A model generated the notes under the pieces. It was given only the letters and a program-made list of their open reading frames with translations. It had not been told where the DNA came from and did not search any database. A DNA stretch of 64,000 nucleotides from Eledone cirrhosa (taxonomy: Eukaryota), in NCBI GenBank assembly GCA_964016885.1, contig OZ024740.1, positions 85,684,001-85,748,000 on the forward strand. The letters run 5' to 3'. Positions 52,060 to 64,000 of the stretch are shown piece by piece (position 1 is the first letter of the stretch; every line of letters starts with the position of its first letter). Both the position numbers and the translations under genes were made by a program.

Positions 52060-53460
52060 ATCATTTATAGTATTATGGATTGCCTGCAGGCCACTAGTAA
52101 AACGTCTTGGACAATATGCAACAACGTCTGGTCAGGATCCCCACAGTCACATGCTTGACTGTCTTTCTTTTTCCAACGATAACCGGCTGATTTAGATGTG
52201 GGGTCCCAGACCTTGGTTGGCTAATTTGAATTCATTCCATGATCTTCGCCACTCTTCTTTCAGATCAGAGTTAATGTCTTGAAGGATCTTCATTGATTTC
52301 AAGAATGGTTTGCGTGATTTACAGCGCAAGTTGGTTAAGTTTTCCAGGTCTTCATGGATGGGAAGATCGGGCTTGGATTTGGTACGAAGGGTAGCCTCAC
52401 GGATCATTTCCTAATTCTGCATGTGAGAAGAAACTATATGAGAAAAGGTGGGCAGCCACTGAGTAGGTGTAGATTTCAGTGTGGCAAATACTATTCTCAT
52501 TGCTGATTTGAAGATGTCAATATACTTGGCTTGGCGTGGCAGCTCCCTGTCCAGACAGGTGAACAGTACTCTGTTACTGAGTATGCAAGTGCCAAGCTCA
52601 CATTATGGAGTGTATGTGCATCAGACCCTCAGCTACTTCCTGTTAACTTATGGATGATATTAATTCTGGTTTTGAGATTTCCGGCAACACCCCTTAAGTG
52701 CTCTCGGTGAGTCAGGCTGCAATCCAATGATATTTGGGGTGTGGTTCATTACTGATAGGCTTACCACAGAAGGAGAGCTTGAGTTCCGTCCTAGCTTGTC
52801 TGGTGCTGAGACGGAGGGATTTCAAAGTGGTCTTGCTTGAGTTGAGCCGAAGGTGCCAGTAGGATTAGTGATCCTCCATCTTCTTCAGGACTTCTGTGAA
52901 TATAATGTTGAGTTATTCAAAGTCAGTGGATTCAGTTGCCAAGGCAAGGTCATCTGCGTATGAAAATTTCCTCGATGTTTTCCTAGGCATATTACTCACG
53001 TAGCTGTCAAAGAGCATTAGTATCAGGACGGAACCTTGGGGAAGGCCATCATGCAGGGTTCTGCTTGAACTTGTTTGATGTCCTACTGACAATCTGATTC
53101 TTCCGTTACTGAGTATGGAGGCAATGATTTTCACAGTTGCCTGGCACTTGATGATACGACAGGCCTTCAGAAGGAGGTCGCGTCTCCATACGGTATCGTA
53201 TGCAGAAGAGAGGTCGATCAGAGCAGCCTCTGTCTTGAAACCACGTTGGTAGCCAGGGCGAGGACTTGATCAGTGCAACTCCTTTGTGGTCTGAAGCCTG
53301 CTTGCTTCTTAGGCAGGCTTGATTCTACTAAAGGGCCAATCCTAACACATAGCTTGCAAGAGGTACAGAGGAGAGAGATTAACAGGTAGCTTGTAGGATC
53401 ATCTGCAGGTTTTTCGGGTTTCAAGATGGCGGTGACGTTAGCTTCTTTCTAGATTTTCGG
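52060..53460 (-). mobile_element. Decayed Ingi/Vingi-like LINE (RT and C-terminus)
   Basis: KPEKPADDPTSY, QAGFRPQRSCTDQVLAL, DLSSAYDTVW, GLPQGSVL, RKFSYADD, EYCSPVW, LKSTPTQWLP, CDCG; the clade call is from memory of family motifs. Confidence 0.8.
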
Positions 53461-53785
53461 TGAAAATATTATTGTGTATTATATTAATATATATGTGATT
53501 CGTTACAATTGGCAACATGTTATGCTCTGTACGTATAAATGAAGTATTTAGTTCAGTTTTGCAATTTTTCGCAGAAGAGTCAAGGGACTCTATGATTTCA
53601 TTGTCTTTCTAAATAAAGGAAACAACGAATTTGAAATAAATGTATAGAATAGGAGAATGTATTTGTAGAAGACTTGTGGTTGGATAGGAACAATTGAAAA
53701 AGACTTGCGGAGGCCTTCGCCTCTCACTCTTTAGATAATAGCTGAGAATAAGGAATGCGGATGTAGCAGAGAAATTTGCATATAA

Positions 53786-53892
53786 GGAGGAGGAGGAGAA
53801 GAAGAAGAAGAAGAAGAAGAAGAAGAAGAAGAAGAAAAAGAAGAAAAGAAGAAAAAAGAAGAAAAAAAGAAGAAAAAAGAAGAAAAGAAGAA

Positions 53893-53933
<41 letters not shown>

Positions 53934-53960
53934 TACTACTACTAATAATAATAATAATAA
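53786..53960. repeat. (GAA)n then (AAT)n compound microsatellite
   Basis: Direct reading. Confidence 0.97.
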
Positions 53961-56866
53961 TTGAACAATGATAGTGGGAGACCTATGAACCTAAGATTTG
54001 TAGACAGGAAAAAGTTAAAAGAAACAACAGCTAAGGTAAACAAAGTCATCCCATACCTTGAGGCGAGGAGCCTTCACCTGTGCAACAATATCCTCAAAGT
54101 AACAGCAAATACGGTGAGGAAACTACTTGGTATAAAAGCGAGAGGAAACAACAGACAAGAAAGAGCAGAGCCTTGGTGGAAGAAACGACTGAGTGGTCAA
54201 ATCAGGGAAATGAGAAATGACGTTGGAAAGCTTGAGTCCCTACTGAATGGGACACTAAAAAACATAGACACTAAAAATAGACTGGAAATAAAGTACAAAA
54301 CTAGGAGGAAAAAGCTAAATATTATCATAGAGGAACTGAAGCAACGCACTGTAGCAAAGAGTGCAAAAATCAGGCGATACGAGAACAGAGTCAGTCAGTA
54401 TAAACAGAACCGCATGTTTGACAACAACCAGAAGATGTTGTTTGGATAGCTTGAAGGGAAAGAAAGAGGCAACGACTTGATCCCTGAGGCGGAACAAACT
54501 AAAACATTCTGGAGAGGAATATGGGAGCAGGATGTTAGACATAATGACCAGGCAGTGCGGATTGAGACAGTACAGAAGGAGATTAGTGAACAGGCACACC
54601 AACAAACTGATTTGAGTATCACAGTTGAAACTCTTAAGTGGCAGGCCAAAAAACTAACCAACTGGAAATCACCAGGCCCAGATGGTGTGCAGGGGTATTG
54701 GATTAAAAATATAACATCCCTCCACCCGAAACTGACAACCATGTTAAATGACTGCTTGATGTCAGGTGAGGTACCAGAGTGGTTGACAAAAGGTACCACA
54801 GTTCTGATAATGAAAGACCGAATCAAGGGTAATGATGTTACCAACTATAGACCTATCACATGTCTGTCCGTAATGTGGAAACTGTTGGCGAGCATTATGT
54901 CTGAGGAAATCTACCATCACCTCCACACAAACAACTTGTTACCGGACGAACAGAAAGGATGCTGAAAGAAGTCACGTGGTAAAAAGGACCAGTTACTTAT
55001 TGATAAGATGGTAATGGGTAATTGCAAGAGGAGACACACTGGTCTTGCCATGGGATGGATAGACTACAAAAAGGCATTTGACATGGTGCCTCATTCTTGG
55101 ATCACCAAAAGCCTGGAGATCTTCAAGGTGGCAGATAACATCAGACAGTTGTTGGGCAAAAGTATTAGGTCCTGGGAAACATCAACTGGAGAATCCTTGG
55201 GAAGCGTGAAGATCAAGAGAGGTATCTTCCAGGGAGATAGCCAGTCCCCACTGTTGTTTGTCCTTGCCCTGATGCCCCTGACCAGTGTACTGCGAAAAGT
55301 GAGAGCAGGATACGGGTTGGGAAAGGGAGGGCTTACCATCAATCACCTCCTCTTCATGGACGATCTTAAGCTCTTCGGGAAGAGTGAGAAGGAGTTGGAT
55401 GTGCTTGTTGACACTGTCTGTATTTTCAGCAGTGATATATGTATGCAATTTGGTATTAGTAAGTGTGGAGTCATTGTGATGAAGACGGGGTAGGTTGAGC
55501 AGAAGTAACGGAATCCAGGTACCAACAGGTGAGATGATAAAGGAAATTGACTCTGAGGAAGGATACAAGTATTTGGACGTTCTGGAGGCTGATGGCATAA
55601 AGAACAAAAAAATGAAGGAATTGTTAAGAACTGAATACATTCGGAGAGTAAGGAGCGTATTGAAGTCACATCTGAACAGCAGAAATGCCATAAGCGCAGT
55701 AAATTCCCGAGCTGTATCTATTATTAGGTACAGTGCGGGAATTCTGAGATGGAATGTTGCTGAACAAAAAGAAATGGATAGGAAGACTAGGAAGCTATTG
55801 ACTATCTACAACATGTTCCACAAGAGGAGTGATGTCGATAGACTCTACTTAAGGAGATCTGAGGGTGGTAGAGGTCTTATCAGCATAGAGGACTGTGTTC
55901 AGATGGAGAAAAACAACCTACACAAATACGTGACTGATAGTAAGGAGCCAATGCTCTGAAGGAGGGGACAATAGGCCAGGGGATGTCCAAGGAGGAAATA
56001 ACATCAAGGAGAAAGAGCAGCCTTCAGGAAAAATCCCTTCATAGTACCTTCTTTGAGAAAACTGAATTTAGAGATCCACAGACATGGAACTGGTTGAAAA
56101 GAGGAGACCTTAAAAAGGCTACAGAAGGAATGTTAATGGCTGCGCAGGAGCAGGCCCACAAAACGAAGTGGTTGAAACACCATATTTACAAGGAGGAGGC
56201 TAGCCCACTGTGCAGGATCTGTGGAGAGAGAGAGGAGACTGTGGCTCACATTGTATCCGAGTGTAAACACCTAGCCCAGACCCACTATAAGGGCTGGAGA
56301 CATGATGTGATGAGCAGGGTGATCCACTGGCACCTGTGCAAAGTAAACAATTTACCACATTCTGAGAAATGGTATGAGCATAAGCTAGAGGCGGTGATAG
56401 AGAACGATCAGGTGAAGGTGCTGTGGGATTTTAGGATACAGACGGACAATAAACTGGAACACAATAGACCTGACCTGGTGGTTGTGGACAAAGAAAAAAG
56501 ATCGTGCCTGATTGTGGATGTGGCCTGCCCATTCGACACGAGAGTGCAAGAGAAGGAGAGGGAGAAAATTAACCGATACCAGGACTTAAAGTGGGAGGTA
56601 AAAAAGATTTGGAACTGCCATGAAGTCAAAGTGATCCCGATTGTCATAGGCGCACTAGGGACTATCTCAAAAAGTTTCCAGGGATGGTTAAAGAAAATTG
56701 GCCCCTTCACGCTCTTTGGAACGCTTCAAAAGGCATGCTTGCTGGGAACAGCAAGAACCCTCCGATACGTCCTGAATATCTGAGGCTGCAGGTAGTGGCT
56801 TGATATTCATTCCAACAAACTTTCCAGTTAACTAACACCAATGACTGAGACTTAAGGAGTAATAAC

Positions 56867-56915
<49 letters not shown>
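53961..56915 (+). mobile_element. Dong/R4-clade non-LTR retrotransposon (RT + CCHC + RLE), 5'-truncated, inside (TAA)n
   Basis: [63 protein letters not shown]; several stops and frameshifts; (AAT)n on both sides. Confidence 0.95.
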
Positions 56916-56916
<1 letters not shown>

Positions 56917-57054
56917 GAAGAAGAAGAAGAAGAAGAATGTAAATATTTGTAATGTAAGTCTTTCAATGTTTTACAGAACAACTTGAGTGTGTTTAGTACA
57001 ATTCCAGTTAAAAGTAATTCTATACATTGTAGTTAAATAAGAGATTAACCGAAG

Positions 57055-57491
57055 AAAATAATAAAGGGAGGAGTACGGGGCAGCGTCCAGAGTATATTTT
57101 TTTATCCCATTTATAAAATAAGGTGGATTACTTTGAATAAATAATGAATTAATATTACATAATTTATCTACTAAATTTCGTTATTCTTGATTAAATATAA
57201 ATAATTTTGTCGCTTATTTTAAGATTCACTTCTTTAAAATTTTCTAATGTCAACACTTCCGGTTACCGAACGCTTAAATAAACAGTCATATATTTCCGTC
57301 AATGGATTACGTTACGTATTACATAAGACAGTGTAACGCAGTCTTCATTCAATTTCTGTGTATATTGTCAATTACGATTTTATTTGATGTATCATATCTA
57401 CATGTATATATACTTGTGTATAATATCAATATGCACACTACACAGGCTGGAATTTCTGCTGGTATATCTACACGGTTGGTTTTTCTGCTGG
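57055..57491 (+). mobile_element. Helitron family H2, second copy
   Basis: Long matches to 23290-23761; decayed and duplicated terminus (ttctgctggtata twice). Confidence 0.75.
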
Positions 57492-58017
57492 TATATCTAA
57501 AACAGAGAATGTATGTCTGCCTGTCTCTCCCTAAAAACTCGAGAACCACCCAACCTATTTTTTTCAAACTTTACACATGTCGTGTGAGTTTTTTGAGCAA
57601 ACAATATTTCGAAATTTCAATGCCCTAGTGACCGCATTAGGAGCCGGTTAGCGATCTCTCTCTTTCTTAGTCTGTCTTTTTAGATAGATACATAGCTATA
57701 ACGTCGCGCCCTTATAATATCTGTCTGTGTGTCTGGCTGTCTGCATTACGACATTATCTATATATCTAAAACAGAGAATCTTTGTCTGTCTGTCTGTCTG
57801 ACTCCTTAAAACCCAACGGATTTATTTCAAACTTTACACATGCCATACTTATGGTCATGTGAGTGTTATGAGCAAAAGATATTTCAAATTTTCAACTAGG
57901 GACCGCATTAGATAGCTATAACGTCGGGCCCTTATAATATCTGTCTGTATGTCTAGCTGTCTGCATTTCGACATTATGATACTATCTGTGTGTGTGTGTA
58001 TATATATGTATATATAA

Positions 58018-58051
<34 letters not shown>

Positions 58052-58166
58052 GTGCGTAACGTTTTTCGAAATATTTACTTCTGCGTTCACAGATTGATTT
58101 TTTTAGTTTCAGAAGATCCCGTTAAGGGTGAAAGCAGCGATTCTTCGCTTAAACTTTAATCTGTTA

Positions 58167-58262
<96 letters not shown>

Positions 58263-58759
58263 TATATTTGTGTACAGATATTTTTGCATACACAATAGCA
58301 AAATATAAACAAACGTATTTATTTCACGAGGCTTGACAGCAGCAAAAACAACACAAAAGAGAGGGAACGCAATTACATGCCTTTGAAAAATCTTAATGGA
58401 AAATTATTTGCCTATTCACCCAAGGCGACTTCACTTTTTATTAGGACTTCTGCATCAATTGGTGAACATACGACGAAACTGTTTCAGAAAGAGGGATAAA
58501 ATGCCAATCTATGTTTAGAATTCCGAGCAACGCCGGGCCATTCTGCTAGTGAAAACATAAAACGCTGGAGTAAATATTTCGAAAAACGTTGTAACTGAAG
58601 GAAAACAGGAAGACGATACTTTGGTTCGTGAAGAGGTTCCCTCGCAATGAACGGAAAAAGTTAAGATAATACGTCAGCAATGAGAACAATATTTGCTCTA
58701 GGGTTCTTATATATTTGATATATATTATCCTTATCGAGCCCTCTTTGGTTCGACTAACA

Positions 58760-58799
<40 letters not shown>

Positions 58800-58844
58800 T
58801 ATCTCTCTCTCTCTCTATATATATATATATACACACACACACAC

Positions 58845-58878
<34 letters not shown>

Positions 58879-58928
58879 ATATATATTATACACACGTATA
58901 TATATATATATATATATATTATACACAC

Positions 58929-58988
<60 letters not shown>

Positions 58989-59422
58989 TATATATATACA
59001 GACACTATATATACATATACACACACACACACACATATAGTGAAGTCAATGTTTTCATAATGTCGGAATGCAGATAGATACACAGCTATAACCTCGCGCC
59101 GCGGTTAAGACGGCACTCATAGTCAACGGTTCGGAAATACCATGCATCACTGACCAGTTTATTCCTTACTTTACCAGTTAGTCTTCGTGTACTTCGTCCT
59201 GTTTTTAGGTCATGCCTCGAAGGACGAGATACTCCATTGGTCGAAATACTGCGAAAGCGGCAAGAAAAAAAACAAGGTGGGCAAACGAATCGTCAGTGGA
59301 ATCTGCTATTCGACGGTCGCAAGGCCGAGGTATTTCGTACTTCTCTGTACTGTTTCAGAAAGGAGGGATAAACATGCCAATCTATATTTAGAATCCCGAG
59401 CAACGGCGGGCCATTCTGCTAG
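57492..59422 (+). mobile_element. Helitron family H1, outer copy
   Basis: 5' part matches 18175-18456; ends cccgagcaacggcgggccattctgCTAG|T. Confidence 0.78.
57757..58549 (+). mobile_element. Helitron family H1, inner (nested) copy
   Basis: A|TC at 57756/57757; hairpin and CTAG|T at 58546-58550; no TSD. Confidence 0.8.
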
Positions 59423-59918
59423 TTAAAACTAAAATAAGAAAGGGTTAACGTTGTCATGTTAGAATGAATACGGTATAAATGAAGAATACAAGTTAGTAAA
59501 TAAAATATGAGAATGTAAGGTTAATAAAGTGTGAAAATTAAGTCACAACTCAGTTCAACATCTCTAACTCTGGTAACATATATAGGAATATCGATTATAA
59601 CTGTCCTTTAGACAATAAATGTTTAGAAAATGATATAGTAATGTCACCAGGAATAATTTAACACATACATATAAGAATATACATGCAACCCCTACAGTAA
59701 CCACACACACATATATTCGAAAATTCAATAAGAAAATGATACGTCACCCTTGAAATGTAATTCAGAACAGAACATACTATCCAAATCTGCCATATAGGGG
59801 CAATCAAAATTGTTTGCAATTCATGCTCAAGAAGATTTTGAGCAATTCTATCGACTGGGGGTAATCTTCTAAACAAGGACATTGACCGTTGTCTGTTACT
59901 GATATTTATTTTATTCAA

Positions 59919-60112
59919 CGGGTGGTGGATTGGCAGTATCAGTAGAGGGTCAGACGCCATGCTTTGCAGCATAGAGTTACGCCCCTTTATGGTCTGAGCT
60001 CAAATCCCGCCGAGGTTAACTTTGCCTTTCATCCTTACGGGCGTCGATAAAATAAAGTACCAGTAATGCATTGGATAATTGCTGGCCTTGTGCCAAAAGC
60101 AGAAACTATTAT
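59919..60112 (+). mobile_element. SINE family A
   Basis: Direct match to family A. Confidence 0.92.
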
Positions 60113-60197
60113 ATTGAACTGTGAATGAGATAAAACAGAGCCGACCATGATGGGGTTCAAATCCAGAAAATAGCAAGCAAACGGCCCTGAACTATTT

Positions 60198-60389
60198 CAT
60201 ACCTGCCAAAGTCTAAAAACCCAAACGGGGAGTACCATGAAAAAAAGTGCCCCAAAACGGGGAGAAATGAGTCAAAATGGGGAGATTTTATAAAATGAAA
60301 GCTATACCCATTTTCACAAAAGACATCCCTTACCCACTCCAAAGTGGGTGTGCGATCTCCTCGTCGGACGGGGAGAATTGACAGGTCTA
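60198..60389. mobile_element. Possible hAT-like MITE
   Basis: catacctgccaa...ttgacaggtcta inverted ends, internal acggggag repeats, actattt on both flanks. Confidence 0.45.
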
Positions 60390-60539
60390 CTATTTAATAA
60401 ATGATGTAATACAATATTATAGAATTCATGGCTACATCACACACTAATTGCTTCAGGTGTAATAATTTCAGTATGGGTCGTCATTGCATTTACATTTATG
60501 TACATCGATTTCACGAGACACTGCGTATTCGTATTTACA

Positions 60540-60750
60540 TACATTTATCATTTTTAGTATCGGTTGTCGTCAAGACCTCAGGTGTCCTCGATCCCATCCC
60601 TGTCGATTTCCTTCGCAAAATCGAAAAGACAGCAGCCCGCCTGAAGAAGGAGCCCCATGAGGCTGGGTGGCTGTTGCAGTGGGTGTCACAAGCCATTCTC
60701 TGTGGCCATGCCTTCACAGTTCTGTCTACAGAGCACGGCCGAATCATCAC
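60540..60750 (+). mobile_element. CRE-like (RLE) non-LTR element, C-terminal fragment
   Basis: VKTSGVLDP..VDFLRKI....EPHEAGWLLQWVSQAILCGHAFTVL. Confidence 0.7.
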
Positions 60751-61542
60751 TCAGACTGTCCTTCCCTCCATCTCTCCCTTTCCTTCATTGCTTCATTTTC
60801 TTTTTTCTTTTTCTTTTTCCAATTCCTTTTTTTATTTCATTTAAATATTATTTTTCATGTATTGTCTCAGTATTTTACTGTAACAACAATACTATTCACA
60901 TCCTTGACAATAACAGTGAAGAATCCTTTCATAAGGGTCAGAGGACCACAAGAGCCTTCTGCACGAATAGATGATGAAGGAGAAACTGAATATTATTTCT
61001 TCTATCATATCTTGTCAGGCTTGTCAGATTGGGCTATACGTAGGAGATTACGCTACATTTCACTACCAATTTTCTTATTTCACTTAACATTTCGATAGCG
61101 AAATATAAAATATAAAAGGAGTATTCACAGTCAAAAGCGGTGTCGGATATAGGTATAAGCTAAACAAGCTCCAGCCTAACGATTCACAAAAAATGTTTTG
61201 TGAGAACGTCTGATGCTTAGAAAGGTTCTTAAAACTTTATATAGCTTAGGGCTTCACCAATTCTAAATGCAGCATTGGCAAAACCCCAACTCATTCATCC
61301 ACGTACCCAGCTTCTTACAGTGGGTCAACTCCGAACAGTCTGCACCAAACACGTTGCTCAAAGTTTGTCATTAGATACGCAGTCCTTAAAACGTTTTTAT
61401 CCGGCTTCATCGTGTTTTCTTCACGAGCATTAACCTGATCGATTATACATATTTCCTTTAAACATTATAGATATCGAATTGTGGGCGGTGAAATGGATGC
61501 AAAGATGATTATCATTGCTCTTGTGTCCTGGACTAAAATTAA

Positions 61543-61651
61543 AACAACAACAACAACAACAACAACAACAGCAACAACAACAACAACAGCAACAGCAACA
61601 GCAACAGCAACAACAACAACAGCAACAGCAGCAACAACAACAACAACAACA
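61543..61651. repeat. (CAA/CAG)n trinucleotide tract
   Basis: Direct reading. Confidence 0.95.
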
Positions 61652-62129
61652 GTTATACCGAACGATATTCACTCGTCTCTATCTTTTGTTGTGCAATGTG
61701 AACCTTCGCGGCAAAAGTAGATTTAGCTTTTCCTGCCAGGCATTAACATATTTGAATTTTCAGATGCAATGTGCATAAATGATTTCACCAATGAGGTGGC
61801 TTTTACAGACAGGTCCTTGCATATAGAAAGATAGATTTCAACTATCAATATTAATTAAACCAAATATACCTTCATATACGATACCGAAGTGAATACCCCC
61901 AGGAATGAGTTATATAAAAGTTCAATAAGTGCCTGCTGGGGATAAGCCTAGAAACATAGCTATTAACAATACATTTCTTAGATTTCACGTTCAGTATAAG
62001 TTTGAAATCACATTAACATTTCAGGAAATTAGACCCCAGTACATTAACGAGGAATTGAACTATTCGCAGAATATCATTAAACAAATAAGTATAGGAATTC
62101 ACAATGGATACGATCATATCATTAATCCG

Positions 62130-62270
62130 AGCGTGCAATTAAGTGGTTGTGGCGTTAGGCTCATAATCCTATAGTCATAGTTTCGATCCCTCATACACCT
62201 AGCAAGGCATTGTGGCTTTCATCAAGACACTTCATTTCATGTTGCTCTGGTCAATTCAACTAGAAAATTG
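62130..62270 (+). mobile_element. SINE family B, decayed
   Basis: agtggtt...tttcgatccc...caagacacttcatttcatgttgctc. Confidence 0.6.
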
Positions 62271-62310
62271 TGTATTAGCAGCAGTTGATACACACATACA
62301 CACACATACA

Positions 62311-62345
<35 letters not shown>

Positions 62346-62440
62346 GAAAGAGAAGGAAGTAAATAAATCTTCTTAAAGACTCCAATTGCATTTTCAACTT
62401 CATTTTTTTATCTTGTTACTCGTATGGGATATAAAAAAAC

Positions 62441-62525
<85 letters not shown>

Positions 62526-62685
62526 ATAATAAATGAGAAGGCTAAAATCCGAAGAGGGCTCGATAAGGATTATATATATAAAAGCCTGCAGGGAAAATAT
62601 TTATTTTAAGTACAGATTAAAGTTTAAACAAACAATCGCTGCTTTCACCAGCGATTGTTTGGTTAAACTTTTATCTGTACTTATA

Positions 62686-62770
<85 letters not shown>

Positions 62771-62838
62771 CAAGGTTTAGCAAATAATGAAAAAGTTTCA
62801 AAATAAATTTTAAAAAATTGACTTTACTTACTATAGTT

Positions 62839-62922
62839 ACCTTTACCGAATCGGTTTCGAATCTCAAAAATAAACGGAGACCATACGGCCTTCGTTGCAA
62901 AGAAAGATTCTCGTCAGAAGGT
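62839..62922 (-). ncRNA. Type I hammerhead ribozyme, full consensus
   Basis: Minus strand: acctt-CTGACGA-gaatct...agattc-GAAA-ccgattcgg-TA-aaggt; three stems, G10.1-C11.1 pair, GUA cleavage triplet. Confidence 0.88.
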
Positions 62923-63112
62923 TCTTTTCATTCGAAGAATATAAAATTCTTGAATTTAAATTACGAACTAGCGCTATCCAAAACTGTTCCCGAGATGAGA
63001 GTAAATGAAGTGGAATCAATTTTTTCTAGGGCCGAAAGTAAAGATAGAGGCAGAATATATATATATATGCGTGTGTGTGTGTATGTGTGTATGTGTGTGT
63101 GTGTGCGTGTGT

Positions 63113-63144
<32 letters not shown>

Positions 63145-63154
63145 ATCTGTGTGC

Positions 63155-63237
<83 letters not shown>

Positions 63238-63314
63238 GTAAACAGAAATAACAATGCAAACAATGCAATACAATTAAGAAATATATTAGTTAAACGCTTG
63301 AACTAACAGGAAAC

Positions 63315-63353
63315 TAATCTTAACATTTCGGATACTAGTCCTTCATCAGATTA
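63315..63353 (-). ncRNA. Minimal hammerhead motif, slightly decayed
   Basis: taat-CTGATGA-a-gga-ctagta-tcc-GAAA-tgt-TA-agatta, about 80 nt from the (GT)n tract. Confidence 0.55.
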
Positions 63354-64000
63354 TAGAATGAGAAACAAAAGATGAAATAGAAAGATAAAGAGTGAGAAGC
63401 GGAAGGAACGGAGAAAAAAATGAGAGAAAAAAAATCTCAAACACACACAGGTGCGTTTCATTACAATCATGAATTTACTTAACAAAAGAAACTTTTTGCT
63501 GGTATAATATTTCGACGCGGATAGTGAAAAGAACAATTTATTGGTTCCATACAGCGAAATAGAATAGATAATGAGGAGTTAATGGGAAATGTTCAGCTAT
63601 TTGAACAGAATTACAAAAAATTTAGGTATTTAGCTTAGACATGTTTCTGCTATATAATAAATTACACAGCAGAGTACCGTGTCTAACGATACACACATTA
63701 TACAAACCTTCGATTTACGATGTGAAATAAAAATATATATGGTTTTCTTTTCTTTTAGTAACTCCTGAATATAATACAGATGCACACACAATCACATGCA
63801 CGCACACATACATATGGTGGTGTCTCATATAGTGAGATGAAGAAATCCTAACTAACTAAAGTTTTATTTGTAATTATAAGAAAAGCTCTTCCCAGGGGAG
63901 ATAATTCCATTAATATAATCTAATTAAATGTTTCTTTTTAAGATAAAGACGATGGAATTAAGAATGCATCTTGTCTTTAAAGCAAAGTGGTAACAAACTG

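Noticed and set aside
61481-61778. Poly-Q / poly-T / poly-C ORFs
   Set aside because: Translations of a (CAA/CAG)n tract; the flanks show no recognisable domain or exon support.

Overview
AT-rich, repeat-saturated eukaryotic DNA with no host gene that I can support. The SINE repertoire and microsatellite load suggest an octopus/coleoid genome (inference). Content: a head-to-tail array of three L1/Tx1-clade LINEs at 1-8.9 kb (one near full length but frameshifted) plus older Tx1 fragments; Dong/R4-clade RLE LINEs tied to (TAA)n tracts; RTE, Vingi-like and CRE-like LINE fragments; two Penelope-like (GIY-YIG) elements; nested non-autonomous Helitrons; Tc1/mariner- and pogo-type MITEs; more than 20 tRNA-derived SINE copies or fragments. 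The most interesting signal is non-coding: several sequence-unrelated type I hammerhead ribozyme motifs (best at 62839-62922, 27301-27339 and 26335-26416) lie in short ORF-less units inserted in (TA)n/(CA)n microsatellites, some with an inverted-terminal-repeat plus tail architecture. A variant-core (CAGAAGA) hammerhead-like module appears to be amplified as Helitron cargo. All calls come from reading the sequence by eye; no database searches or folding programs were run.
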